In this document: positions 8,625 to 17,536 of the stretch, one piece after another
Layout: the number at the start of each line of letters is the position of its first letter
How positions within the stretch are numbered: position 1 is the first letter of the stretch
Assembly (NCBI GenBank): GCA_964463155.1
Contig: CAYXAY010000002.1
Span: 1-32,000 of the forward strand
Direction of reading: 5' to 3'
From: an uncultured archaeon
GTDB lineage: Archaea; Iainarchaeota; Iainarchaeia; Iainarchaeales; CSSED10-239
DNA: 32,000 nucleotides
Notes under the pieces: generated by a model
The model's input: only the letters and a program-made list of their open reading frames with translations
What the model was told of the DNA's origin: nothing
Database searches by the model: none
Program-made: the position numbers and the translations under genes

Positions 8625-8714
8625 AAATCATCACTATTGACTATATGTATATATAACTTAGAAACCAAAACCTTTTATATTAATCTATTTTATATTTTAA
8701 TGGAGGTAAGGAAT

Positions 8715-9638
8715 ATGCCAGAAAAGATATCAGAATATAAGTGGCTTGTAAGAATTGTTTTTCTTATAATCATAATAATTATTGCATTATTTATTTTTAT
8801 CTGGACAGGAACCATAAGATGTAGAGCAATACCGGGAGGTTGTGGAGTTTATTGGGGGATGATGACTCTTGTAACTGGTAAGCAACAACCAAGCGTTCTT
8901 ATATTATATGACCCTACTGAACAAAAGGGACTAGGAAATCCAGAGTTGTTAAAAGATTTGTTGTCTGATAGAAAAGGTGTTGCAATTCACCCAAGCATTG
9001 CAGACATTAGATATCTAAATTCTGAACAGCTCAAGAACGTAAGTCTTGTTATTGTGGAAAAAGCAAGAAAAATATCTACATTACAATTGCTTACAATAAG
9101 AAACTATATTTCCCAAGGTGGAAGAGTTGTTTGGATTGGCGATGCCGGAACTATTGCAGACACTGACCGAGGAGACATGCTTTATATTGGCATTGCAAAC
9201 CCAAAAGAAAACGGGTGGGTAAGACTTACAGACACAAATGACATTATATTTTTCAATAGAACTATTGGCGTAAATTATATTTCTAATTTTTGTGATGTTA
9301 GAGATTGTGCTGTTGGAGACAAATATACAGGAAAACTTGTTCCAAGCTCTGATACTCACCCATTGACTTATGGGTTAAGGTCAAACCTTCCAATCTATGA
9401 CAATTATTCAATAGTAAAACTTACAGAACCAAACCCTGTGCCATTAAAGATTGATTATGGCTCCAGTTTGTTTGATAAAAAAAAATATAATTACGGAGAC
9501 ATATTTGATGCAATAGTAACATCAAACTCCAATCGCGTGGCTTACTATGCTATACCTCCAGAATATCTTGCAGAGCCCTCTGACAAAGAAAAATATTTTT
9601 CCGTAATATATAACATGTTTGATGGAATGGTAAACTGA
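8715..9638 (+). CDS. single-pass membrane protein, extracytoplasmic domain of unknown function
   Basis: ATG at 8715 is preceded by GGAGGT (the track starts at 8637). TM is WLVRIVFLIIIIIIALFIFIWTG. VLILYDP...GGRVVWIGDAG faintly resembles a flavodoxin/GATase1-like fold, which I could not verify. Confidence 0.65.
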   Translation: MPEKISEYKWLVRIVFLIIIIIIALFIFIWTGTIRCRAIPGGCGVYWGMMTLVTGKQQPSVLILYDPTEQKGLGNPELLKDLLSDRKGVAIHPSIADIRYLNSEQLKNVSLVIVEKARKISTLQLLTIRNYISQGGRVVWIGDAGTIADTDRGDMLYIGIANPKENGWVRLTDTNDIIFFNRTIGVNYISNFCDVRDCAVGDKYTGKLVPSSDTHPLTYGLRSNLPIYDNYSIVKLTEPNPVPLKIDYGSSLFDKKKYNYGDIFDAIVTSNSNRVAYYAIPPEYLAEPSDKEKYFSVIYNMFDGMVN

Positions 9639-9639
9639 T

Positions 9640-9993
9640 ATGACAAAATCATTTGAAGTAGCAATTGCAGTAATCTTGCTACTGTGTTTTGTCTTTTTTT
9701 TGTTTGAAAGCGTAAATCAAGAATATAAGAGCGTGCCTATTCCTGATGATGTAAAATCTCTTGTTTTAAGCAATGCAGAAAACGAGGGGTTTAGACAACT
9801 TGTTCTAAATAAGGATGTGGACAATATTTACTCTACCTTGTATCCGCAGATGGACTATAAATTTAATGTGTCAATATGCGATTGGCTAAACACGGACTGT
9901 CAGACGAAAACCGTTTCGGGGTTTACAAAGAAAAAAGAATTTGTTTATTATTTTGCAGACATAAACAAAACACTGCACTTACAAATGGATTAA
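9640..9993 (+). CDS. small pilin-like protein (short charged N-terminus plus hydrophobic helix)
   Basis: 117 aa, MTKSFEVAIAVILLLCFVFFLFES..., starting 1 nt after the previous stop. Candidate class III signal peptide with atypical Ser at -1. Confidence 0.6.
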   Translation: MTKSFEVAIAVILLLCFVFFLFESVNQEYKSVPIPDDVKSLVLSNAENEGFRQLVLNKDVDNIYSTLYPQMDYKFNVSICDWLNTDCQTKTVSGFTKKKEFVYYFADINKTLHLQMD

Positions 9994-9994
9994 T

Positions 9995-10471
9995 ATGAAG
10001 AAAGGTTTTACATATATTATTACAACAATGATAATCATCATATTAATTTCTAGTATTTTTATAATATTTAATCCAGTTAAAAAAACCGTAAACACAACAC
10101 CTAATATTCTTGCAAAAAATTATGAGATAGAATTTTTAAAACTTTCAAGTTCTAACCCTACAATCCAAGACATAAACAATCTAAACTATGGTTTTAAAAA
10201 ATTTACAAACAGCAATAATTATGATGTAAAAATTTGTAGCATTGTAGAAAACCAAACAAGCATAATCTTAAGCAACTATACTTCAGAAAACTGTAATCTA
10301 GTGATTGATGGGATGTTTAGTGGGGTTGTTTATGATAATAGTACTGTGACAATAGATAGATTTATAAATAATACGAATATATATTTATGTAGTTGTTATT
10401 ATGCCGGTGGCAAAAATGTTTATTATATAGATATTTATAACGAAAATTCAAAAACCATACTAAAAAACTAG
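9995..10471 (+). CDS. putative archaeal type IV pilin-like protein (class III signal peptide)
   Basis: 158 aa. MKKG/FTYIITTMIIIILISSIFIIF fits the FlaFind-style pattern [KRDE][GA][ALIFQMVED][ILMVTAS] followed by a hydrophobic stretch of about 20 aa. The rest is Asn-rich with sequons. Confidence 0.65.
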   Translation: MKKGFTYIITTMIIIILISSIFIIFNPVKKTVNTTPNILAKNYEIEFLKLSSSNPTIQDINNLNYGFKKFTNSNNYDVKICSIVENQTSIILSNYTSENCNLVIDGMFSGVVYDNSTVTIDRFINNTNIYLCSCYYAGGKNVYYIDIYNENSKTILKN

Positions 10472-10482
10472 AGGGAAAAATT

Positions 10483-10833
10483 ATGAAGGATGTAATGGGG
10501 CTTTTAAACCAGATAGAAGAAAAGAGCAACATCATTGTTGCAAAGCTTGAAATCTTAAGATTTGCAGAAGAAGATGCTCAAACAATAAAGAAATCTCTTG
10601 ATGGAATTAAGAAAAAACTTGACAGTGGAGAGATAAGCAAATTCTCATATGCAACAATGCTTGAAATGAACAAAAAAAGAGCAGTAGACAATACCAACTC
10701 CAAAAAGAAAACCTGGGATGAGGTTGCAGAAGCCATTAATGAGATTAGCGATATGCTAAATGATTTAAAAGACACCTATAACTCAAAAACAGAATATGGG
10801 GGTGTAGATGAAATTAAAGGAATCAAGCCTTAA
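10483..10833 (+). CDS. small soluble coiled-coil protein
   Basis: 116 aa with GAGGG Shine-Dalgarno upstream and no TM. Sits immediately upstream of the ATPase gene. Confidence 0.6.
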   Translation: MKDVMGLLNQIEEKSNIIVAKLEILRFAEEDAQTIKKSLDGIKKKLDSGEISKFSYATMLEMNKKRAVDNTNSKKKTWDEVAEAINEISDMLNDLKDTYNSKTEYGGVDEIKGIKP

Positions 10834-10873
10834 ATTCACTATTATACTTTCAAACAGAATATAAAGATGAGCC

Positions 10874-12865
10874 ATGAAAATACCAACTCAAAAGGATGCT
10901 TCAAAGCTTGTTGATCTAATTATTAGTCTTAAAAATATTGAAAACAAAAGAAGTGCTGAAGAAAAGGCAATCTTAGAAAAATTCTATAACGAAGAAATCA
11001 GTTCTAAGGAATTGATGAAAGGACTGAAAGAAAAAAATCTTTTTGTTAAATCAAAACAACTTGATAAGGAATTTGTTAAGGCGATTATTGAATATAATGT
11101 TCTTCTATCACAAATATCTTCAGATATTGACATAACTAACTTACGGAAATTTTATTTGACAAAAAGATCTGTTCTAAAACAATTAATTAAAAGCATATTT
11201 GCATACTCAAAAGAAAAAAGCACAGATCAAAAACAAAAAAAAGTGCAAAAACCAAAACTTGTTGCAATCACTCCGACACATCCTGCAACTCATAAAAATA
11301 TTATAGACAAAATCTTTAGTGGCGGAGAAAAAATAGACACAGAGTCTCTAAAGATTACTGAAAATGCAATGAATACTCCTGCTTTTGAAGAGCCAAAAGA
11401 ACTTTTGCCTGAAAACTACCAAGTATTGATACAAGGTTTTGCATATGCTTTTGTTGAAGAAAAAGAAGAAAATAGAAGGTATGTTGTTGCAGAACCAGAG
11501 CTTACAAAAGAAGAAGAAACGGTGCTTGCCGACACTAAGCAAGAACTTATCAATAAGATTTCATTAATTGACCTAAAGGAAGAATCAGAACTTATTAAAC
11601 ATGTAGACAAGATATTTTCAAAAACTAAACTAAATGCACAACAGCGTTCAAAAATCATGTATTATGTTGGAAGACAAATAAAAGGGCTAGACGCCATTGA
11701 ACCATTGATGCATGACCCATTGATTGAAGATATTGAGTGCGACGGCACAGGGATACCAATATTTATTGTTCACAGAAAATACGGACACCTTGAAACTAAT
11801 ATTATTTTTAATAGCGACAAGGAATTACAACAATTTGTAATCAAGATGGCACACCTAAGTAAAAGTTATGTTTCTTATGCAAGTCCATTACTTGATTCTA
11901 TACTTCCTGATGGCTCCCGTGTCAATGCAACACTAACTAGCAATGTTTCAACTAGAGGTCCAACATTTACTATAAGAAAATTCCCACACAAACCATTAAC
12001 CGCAATTGATTTAATAAAAAGTAAAACTATGAATTCTATGATTGTTGCTTATATCTGGACAATTATGGAATTTCAAAAAACAGCACTTATTATCGGACCA
12101 ACAGCAGGGGGTAAAACCACATTATTAAATATTATTACATCATTTATTCCTCCAGGAAAAAGGGCAGTTTCAATTGAGGATACTAGAGAAATAAATCTTT
12201 TGCTTGACAACTGGATACCACAGGTCACTAGACCTGGCTTTGGACCACCAGACAGCACTGGAAAAAAATATGGAGAAATAACGATGCTTGATCTTATCAA
12301 AGAATCATTCAGACAAAGACCTGATTATCTGGTATTAGGGGAAGTAAGAGGAGAAGAAATGTCTTTAATGTTTCAGGGCATGGCATCAGGACACTGTTGT
12401 CTATCAACAGTGCATGCAAGAAGTATAAATGATCTTGTAAACCGATTAATAACTCCCCCAATATCTCTGGAGCCAAGCCTATTAACATCACTTGATTTAG
12501 TTATAGTTACGGGTTTTCAAGGAGGTAGCGCTGTAAAAAGAATAATCAAGGAACTTGATGAGATTAATGGTTATAATATTAAGGATAACAAGATAGAATA
12601 CAATGTTATTTATAGTGTATCAGATAAATCACAAACAAAAGAAGGAGACTTGTTTACAAATGAACTGCCCATCACCTATAAAAGCGAAATACTTAAGTCT
12701 ATAGCAAAAGAATATGATATTAATATCAATGATTTGTTAGAAATGATTAACAAAAGAATTGCATTTATTAACGAATTAAGCAAAAACCCGCCAAAGGATT
12801 ATGTTGAGTTCAAGCTTGCGATAAACAAATATAAGTTGCAAGAAAAAGAATTATTTGCAAAATAA
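10874..12865 (+). CDS. FlaI/PilB (GspE/VirB11 superfamily) type IV filament assembly ATPase with N-terminal extension
   Basis: YVVAEPELTKEEE motif typical of archaeal FlaI-like ATPases. Walker A GPTAGGKTT (about 12095-12121), Walker B DYLVLGEVRGEE, His box GHCCLSTVHA. 663 aa. Confidence 0.9.
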   Translation: MKIPTQKDASKLVDLIISLKNIENKRSAEEKAILEKFYNEEISSKELMKGLKEKNLFVKSKQLDKEFVKAIIEYNVLLSQISSDIDITNLRKFYLTKRSVLKQLIKSIFAYSKEKSTDQKQKKVQKPKLVAITPTHPATHKNIIDKIFSGGEKIDTESLKITENAMNTPAFEEPKELLPENYQVLIQGFAYAFVEEKEENRRYVVAEPELTKEEETVLADTKQELINKISLIDLKEESELIKHVDKIFSKTKLNAQQRSKIMYYVGRQIKGLDAIEPLMHDPLIEDIECDGTGIPIFIVHRKYGHLETNIIFNSDKELQQFVIKMAHLSKSYVSYASPLLDSILPDGSRVNATLTSNVSTRGPTFTIRKFPHKPLTAIDLIKSKTMNSMIVAYIWTIMEFQKTALIIGPTAGGKTTLLNIITSFIPPGKRAVSIEDTREINLLLDNWIPQVTRPGFGPPDSTGKKYGEITMLDLIKESFRQRPDYLVLGEVRGEEMSLMFQGMASGHCCLSTVHARSINDLVNRLITPPISLEPSLLTSLDLVIVTGFQGGSAVKRIIKELDEINGYNIKDNKIEYNVIYSVSDKSQTKEGDLFTNELPITYKSEILKSIAKEYDININDLLEMINKRIAFINELSKNPPKDYVEFKLAINKYKLQEKELFAK

Positions 12866-12867
12866 AA

Positions 12868-14178
12868 TCATTTAAATGGATCTCTTCTGTTTAATAGATA
12901 TTCTGGATTAATCTCTTTTGATATTGGTTCTTTTTTTGATTTCTTTGTCTTTAGTTTTAATTTTTTCATAAAAATGATTGCGCCAAGAACAACAATTATG
13001 CCTATGATTGCATAACTAACATAATTTGAAATATCTGGAGTTTCTATACTTATCTGTCCTGCTTCTCTTATCTTTTTTACTTGTGTCTTTGCTAGCTTTA
13101 TCTTATTGGTGCTTTCTTTATATCTTCCCTTGTTATATAAATCTTTTATCTGCGCATAGTTTTGGCTTAATTCTGTTACAGTTTTTGTGTCTTTCCAAAG
13201 GTTTATGCTGTTCTCATTTAGTATTTGGTTTATTGCAATGTCTAGTGTGTTTTTTAGTTCGCTGTCTGTTGTGTATAATAGGTTCTTTGCAATGTAATAG
13301 TCTTGTCTTGACTTTAATGTATGAAGAATTATCTCTAGTGGGCTGTTTGGGCCTATCCTTTCAAAATCAGATATTACATTAGCATATACTTGGTTTGTTG
13401 AAGAAACGCTGTCTGCTATTGTTGATATGTCTAAAGACAAGGCTGTTGGCGCCTCAATATAACTTAAAATTGCTCTCTTTTTTGATTCATCAAGATTTTT
13501 GTCCGCAACAACTACTTCTACAATCTCATTAGTGGAATCTCTATAGTTTAGTGATAAAGAAACAAGGTTATTGTATCCTGAAAAAGATGTTTTATAAAGA
13601 TAAATTAGATTCTCTGTGTTTGAACAATCAGAAACATCAATAAACAAAGATTGTTCCTTTTGCACTTTTACTAAGTCGGTCTTAAGGTCTTGGAGTTCTG
13701 TTATCAATAATTGTAATTTATCGTTTGTGTTTTGGCATTTACTGTTTATGCTTGACGAATAGTTTGCCTTGATTATCCCATCAATCTTTGCGGATTTTGA
13801 TTGTAGGTTGACCGTAAGGTTATTCACTTTGTCTATCAATTGCTGTGAAAGAAAATTGTAATTGGTGCCTGCCTTTGTTTTTATATTTCTGTATAGGCGG
13901 GCTGTTCTTATTATTTTCTTTGTTTTTTCATTTGTTTCATAAACTACTGTTCCAGTCTCTGATTCTATAGGTAAGAACATTGTAAGATTTGATTTGGAAT
14001 CTACAAATCCAAAAGTAAAATATTCCTTTCTGTCACAGGTCACAGAATATACTTCGCTGTCAAGAGTTTCTGATGACAACATATATTCCTTTGCTATTCC
14101 TTGTGCTGAATAAAGTGACAGTGCAAATATTTGTGGCAATAACAGCAAAACCATGAATATTAATATTATTTTTTTCAT
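12868..14178 (-). CDS. secreted, C-terminally membrane-anchored protein of unknown function
   Basis: N-terminal signal MKKIILIFMVLLLLPQIFA, a long helical Asn/Ser-rich ectodomain, C-terminal TM YAIIGIIVVLGAIIF plus a basic tail. Its start overlaps the upstream stop (ATGA). Confidence 0.65.
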   Translation of the reverse strand: MKKIILIFMVLLLLPQIFALSLYSAQGIAKEYMLSSETLDSEVYSVTCDRKEYFTFGFVDSKSNLTMFLPIESETGTVVYETNEKTKKIIRTARLYRNIKTKAGTNYNFLSQQLIDKVNNLTVNLQSKSAKIDGIIKANYSSSINSKCQNTNDKLQLLITELQDLKTDLVKVQKEQSLFIDVSDCSNTENLIYLYKTSFSGYNNLVSLSLNYRDSTNEIVEVVVADKNLDESKKRAILSYIEAPTALSLDISTIADSVSSTNQVYANVISDFERIGPNSPLEIILHTLKSRQDYYIAKNLLYTTDSELKNTLDIAINQILNENSINLWKDTKTVTELSQNYAQIKDLYNKGRYKESTNKIKLAKTQVKKIREAGQISIETPDISNYVSYAIIGIIVVLGAIIFMKKLKLKTKKSKKEPISKEINPEYLLNRRDPFK

Positions 14179-15134
14179 TGTCTTTCTTCTTTAAATATTT
14201 TATTAAACAAATATATAGTTGCTGCAAGTATTAAAAATACTATTGATAGATAGCTATAAACTAGAGATGTAAAGATAATTGAAAAGAAAAATGCAAAGTG
14301 GTTTTCAATAATGCCCATAAACGGTATCGCTTTAATTGTGTCAAGTATTTTTGCCTTCACAACTGGCGTGTCCAGGCTTGGTATCGCATCTTTAATCTCG
14401 TCAACCTTCTTTTTTGAGTTTACAGATTCTTTTAGATTGTCCATGAACTGGTGGAAATTAATTGACTCCGGGTCTGTCTTTTTGCTTATTGCTATATATT
14501 CCTCTGATGACATTATGTATTTTAAGTTTGTGTTTGTACATTGTCTGCTTATGGTTTGAGAGGCGTTTATCCAAGGTTCTAAGTCCTCTGCAATAAACAA
14601 GTTAACAATTCCTACTTCAAACTCGTGTACCTTTTCTTTCTGACTTGGTAACAAATAGATTACAGAACACAAAAATACTACAATAACAAAAAAGATTATA
14701 AGTTTTGATAACCATTCTACAGAAAGATTGTACATATTGTCTTTGTCTTTCCTTACTATTAAGCAAAAAATAACATGTGCCACTATGTAAAGTATCAAAA
14801 ACAAGATAAATAAAATATTGAGCCCAAAAAGAATTGAAGATATTAGAGTTGTAAGCGCTAACGACAAGATAACAATAAACAAGCTTTCTGTTTTTGACGA
14901 ATTAAATATCACTGAAAGAATTATTACTGACGTTAATGGAAAGAAAATTAAAAACAAAACAAAATGTGTTGTTGAGATAGAGTTAAATATTGAGGAAAGG
15001 TCAAAGACAACAATTGAATGCATTGTAAGTCCTGAATATACTAGAAAATATATCCAAATAAAGGCAGATATTGCTACGAATGCTGATTTTAGTATATTAT
15101 TCCTGTTTATCATTGTATCGTCTGTCTTGCCCAT
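14175..15134 (-). CDS. polytopic membrane protein of unknown function
   Basis: 319 aa with about 5 N-terminal TM helices, a soluble insert of about 110 aa, and 1-2 C-terminal TM helices. No family recognised. Confidence 0.6.
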   Translation of the reverse strand: MGKTDDTMINRNNILKSAFVAISAFIWIYFLVYSGLTMHSIVVFDLSSIFNSISTTHFVLFLIFFPLTSVIILSVIFNSSKTESLFIVILSLALTTLISSILFGLNILFILFLILYIVAHVIFCLIVRKDKDNMYNLSVEWLSKLIIFFVIVVFLCSVIYLLPSQKEKVHEFEVGIVNLFIAEDLEPWINASQTISRQCTNTNLKYIMSSEEYIAISKKTDPESINFHQFMDNLKESVNSKKKVDEIKDAIPSLDTPVVKAKILDTIKAIPFMGIIENHFAFFFSIIFTSLVYSYLSIVFLILAATIYLFNKIFKEERQ

Positions 15135-15143
15135 GTAAATCTA

Positions 15144-16061
15144 TTAACCGATTATTTCATCAATATTTATCAAATCAATTGCGTGATTATTCTCAATCAA
15201 AAAGGTGGTTTCTGCTTGAGAAACAAAAGAATCTGGTTTATCCACAAGTATTGGATAAGGGGCAATGGCTTGTGCCTTTAAAAGTTCCCTAAACGCAATT
15301 TTTCTATCAAAACTTGAAAGTTCTTTTCCTGCCCAAAATTCAGAAAACGGCATCCCCTCAAAGCTTTTTATTTCTTCTAAAACCTTTCTTGCGTTTGTGT
15401 TTCTTATTGGCACGTCTTCTTGAAATATGAAAATATAAACCGCGTTTCCTTCCGTAACATAACCATTACCAGTGCTTGAGAATGGTTCTACTGCAAACCA
15501 GGTTGGGATGTCGGATAGCTTTATGTTTGTGTTTGTTTTTATGTTAGAGATAGATGGTTTATCGTGTGTTACATATCTTGAGATTGTGTGCCCTGTAAGA
15601 TTGCTGATTGGCTTGAAGCCATAACTATTGATTGTTTTTTCTATAAGCTCTCCAAGCTCTGATATTGTTGTTTTTGGATTTTTAAAAATTAGTTCTTTTG
15701 ATTTTAATAGTGCCTGGTTGCTTGATTCTTTTAGTTTTTCGTGTTTTTTGTCAAAGATTATTGTTTGGGAGGAATCTGTGATGTAGCCATTAATTGAAAC
15801 TCCAATATCTACTTTTAGGATATCTGTTTCCTTTAGAACAATTTGTTCTTCTTTACTATAGGAATTATGAGCGGCCTGTTCATTGATTGAAAGGTTTACT
15901 GGCCAAGCAGGTCTTGCACCATTCTCTTTAATGAACTCCTCAAGTTTTATTCCTATCTCTAAAAAAGAAATCCCTGGTTTAATAATCTTTAAAGCAAGCT
16001 TTTGTGCTTTATTGTTTATTGCACCAGATTTTTTTAGAAGCTCTATTTCTTTAGGATTCAT
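15144..16061 (-). CDS. map: methionine aminopeptidase, type 2 (archaeal)
   Basis: Metal ligands sit in the expected contexts (KVDIGV, GYITDSS, LTGHTI, FAVEPF, SQAETTF), and the archaeal type-2 insertion is present. Confidence 0.9.
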   Translation of the reverse strand: MNPKEIELLKKSGAINNKAQKLALKIIKPGISFLEIGIKLEEFIKENGARPAWPVNLSINEQAAHNSYSKEEQIVLKETDILKVDIGVSINGYITDSSQTIIFDKKHEKLKESSNQALLKSKELIFKNPKTTISELGELIEKTINSYGFKPISNLTGHTISRYVTHDKPSISNIKTNTNIKLSDIPTWFAVEPFSSTGNGYVTEGNAVYIFIFQEDVPIRNTNARKVLEEIKSFEGMPFSEFWAGKELSSFDRKIAFRELLKAQAIAPYPILVDKPDSFVSQAETTFLIENNHAIDLINIDEIIG

Positions 16062-16552
16062 TTCTTGCCCTTTTTGATTAAAAATATCATAGCTATTGCT
16101 GCTATTGCAAAACCAAAATATATAGGCATATCTGGTATTGGCAATTTTTTAGGGGTTTGCTTGATTACTATCCATTCTTCTGCTGTGTTGTTTGCAGGAT
16201 TTTCATCGTGTTCGTCAATTACTATTTTGATTAGATATGGTGCATTTGAATAGGTGCTTCTGTTTGCATCAACTCGGTATGAAAAATTAAGAAAACTGTT
16301 TGCTGGAATTCTTTGTGATGAACGACGCCCGCTAATAACTGCCCCTTGTGGAGTGAATAATGTGATGTTTAGATCAATCGTTTCTTGAGTGTTGTAATTG
16401 TTAACCAAAACTATATTAATATCAAAATTAGTTCCTTCAACAACAGTCTTTGGAGAAATTATTTCGCTTATAAAAAAATCTCCTGCAAAGATTGTTCCAG
16501 ACATTAATAGCAGGAATACAAGTATAATTATTTTTTTCATATTTTCAATCAC
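16058..16552 (-). CDS. small secreted CARDB-like beta-sandwich protein with C-terminal anchor
   Basis: Signal peptide KKIIILVFLLLMSGTIFA. PKTVVEGTNFDINIVLVNNYNTQE is CARDB-like. C-terminus PIYFGFAIAAIAMIFLIKKGKK resembles a PGF-CTERM-type tail. GGTGAT Shine-Dalgarno upstream. Confidence 0.65.
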   Translation of the reverse strand: MIENMKKIIILVFLLLMSGTIFAGDFFISEIISPKTVVEGTNFDINIVLVNNYNTQETIDLNITLFTPQGAVISGRRSSQRIPANSFLNFSYRVDANRSTYSNAPYLIKIVIDEHDENPANNTAEEWIVIKQTPKKLPIPDMPIYFGFAIAAIAMIFLIKKGKK

Positions 16553-16614
16553 CTTAAATATATTATAGTAAATATAAAGAAGGTAAGGTTTATAAAATTA
16601 GTGAAAAAAAGAAA

Positions 16615-17085
16615 TCATTCAAGCTGAGAATTGTATTTTCCGGAATTGAAATCTTTTAATGCTTCAGCTGGGCTTTTGCCGTCAATATTGACACCAATAG
16701 ACCTGCATGTTCCCATAACTTCTCTAATCGCTGTTTTCATGTTTCTTGCATTTAACTGGTTGTATTTTGCTTTTGTTATCTTTAAGATTTTTTCAAAAGT
16801 TATGTTTCCTGCAACAAGGGTTCCTGCTTTACCTGAAGCAGTCTTTAAGTTTAGTTCTTTTTTTATTAATGCACTCGTTAATGGCACACCAACCTCTATT
16901 GAATAGCTTTTATCAGTATTGATATGGACTTTAACTGGTACTTGCATACCTTCTAGTTCTTTTGTTGCTTTGTTGATTTTCTTAACAATCTCGATTGTGT
17001 TAACTCCAATTGGACCTAAAGCTGGACCAAGTGGTGGACCTGCGCTAGCGTTACCAGCATCTACTAAAACTTTTATTGTTGGCAT
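16615..17085 (-). CDS. rpl11: 50S ribosomal protein L11 (uL11)
   Basis: GNASAGPPLGPALGPIGVN signature, with AGGAGTGA Shine-Dalgarno upstream. Confidence 0.95.
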   Translation of the reverse strand: MPTIKVLVDAGNASAGPPLGPALGPIGVNTIEIVKKINKATKELEGMQVPVKVHINTDKSYSIEVGVPLTSALIKKELNLKTASGKAGTLVAGNITFEKILKITKAKYNQLNARNMKTAIREVMGTCRSIGVNIDGKSPAEALKDFNSGKYNSQLE

Positions 17086-17098
17086 ATTATTTTCACTC

Positions 17099-17536
17099 CT
17101 AATTTAATAATTTAATATTTTCTGCTTTCATTGTTATTGGAACCTTTACTGTTGCATCGAAAAGTTCTATAACTACTTCTTCTTTAGCAACATTTACTCT
17201 TGTTACTTTTGCGCGTGATCCTTTGAAAGGACCAAGGATTATTTCAACTGTTTGGCCTGGCTTAATTGAACTCATTAATGGCCTTGACTCTAAGATTCCA
17301 GCAATCTCTTTAATATTAATGTTGCCTGTTACCATTTGCCCGCCTTTGATGTGAGGGACATTGTGTATCAATATTTCAACCGTCTTTTCTGAATCCGCTT
17401 CTATAAGGATATAACCTTTAAGGTCGGCCATCTCTACTAAAGAGAAAACAGGCAGTCCTTCTTCTTTTATTCTATGGTGAAGGATATCGATAACAACCCT
17501 TTCCTGGCCTACTGTTGTTCTTACTGTAAATATCAT
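17099..17536 (-). CDS. spt5: transcription elongation factor Spt5 (NusG)
   Basis: NGN domain plus KOW motif (GQTVEIILGPFKGSRAKVTRV). Conserved position between secE and rpl11. Confidence 0.9.
   Translation of the reverse strand: MIFTVRTTVGQERVVIDILHHRIKEEGLPVFSLVEMADLKGYILIEADSEKTVEILIHNVPHIKGGQMVTGNINIKEIAGILESRPLMSSIKPGQTVEIILGPFKGSRAKVTRVNVAKEEVVIELFDATVKVPITMKAENIKLLN

Noticed and set aside
14175-15134. Polytopic 319-aa protein considered as the missing FlaJ/TadC/PilC-type platform
   Set aside because: Its topology (about 5 TM helices, a soluble insert of about 110 aa, then 1-2 TM helices) and its sequence do not resemble the duplicated T2SSF architecture I know. It is also on the opposite strand in another unit. 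I kept it only as a hypothesis inside a finding.
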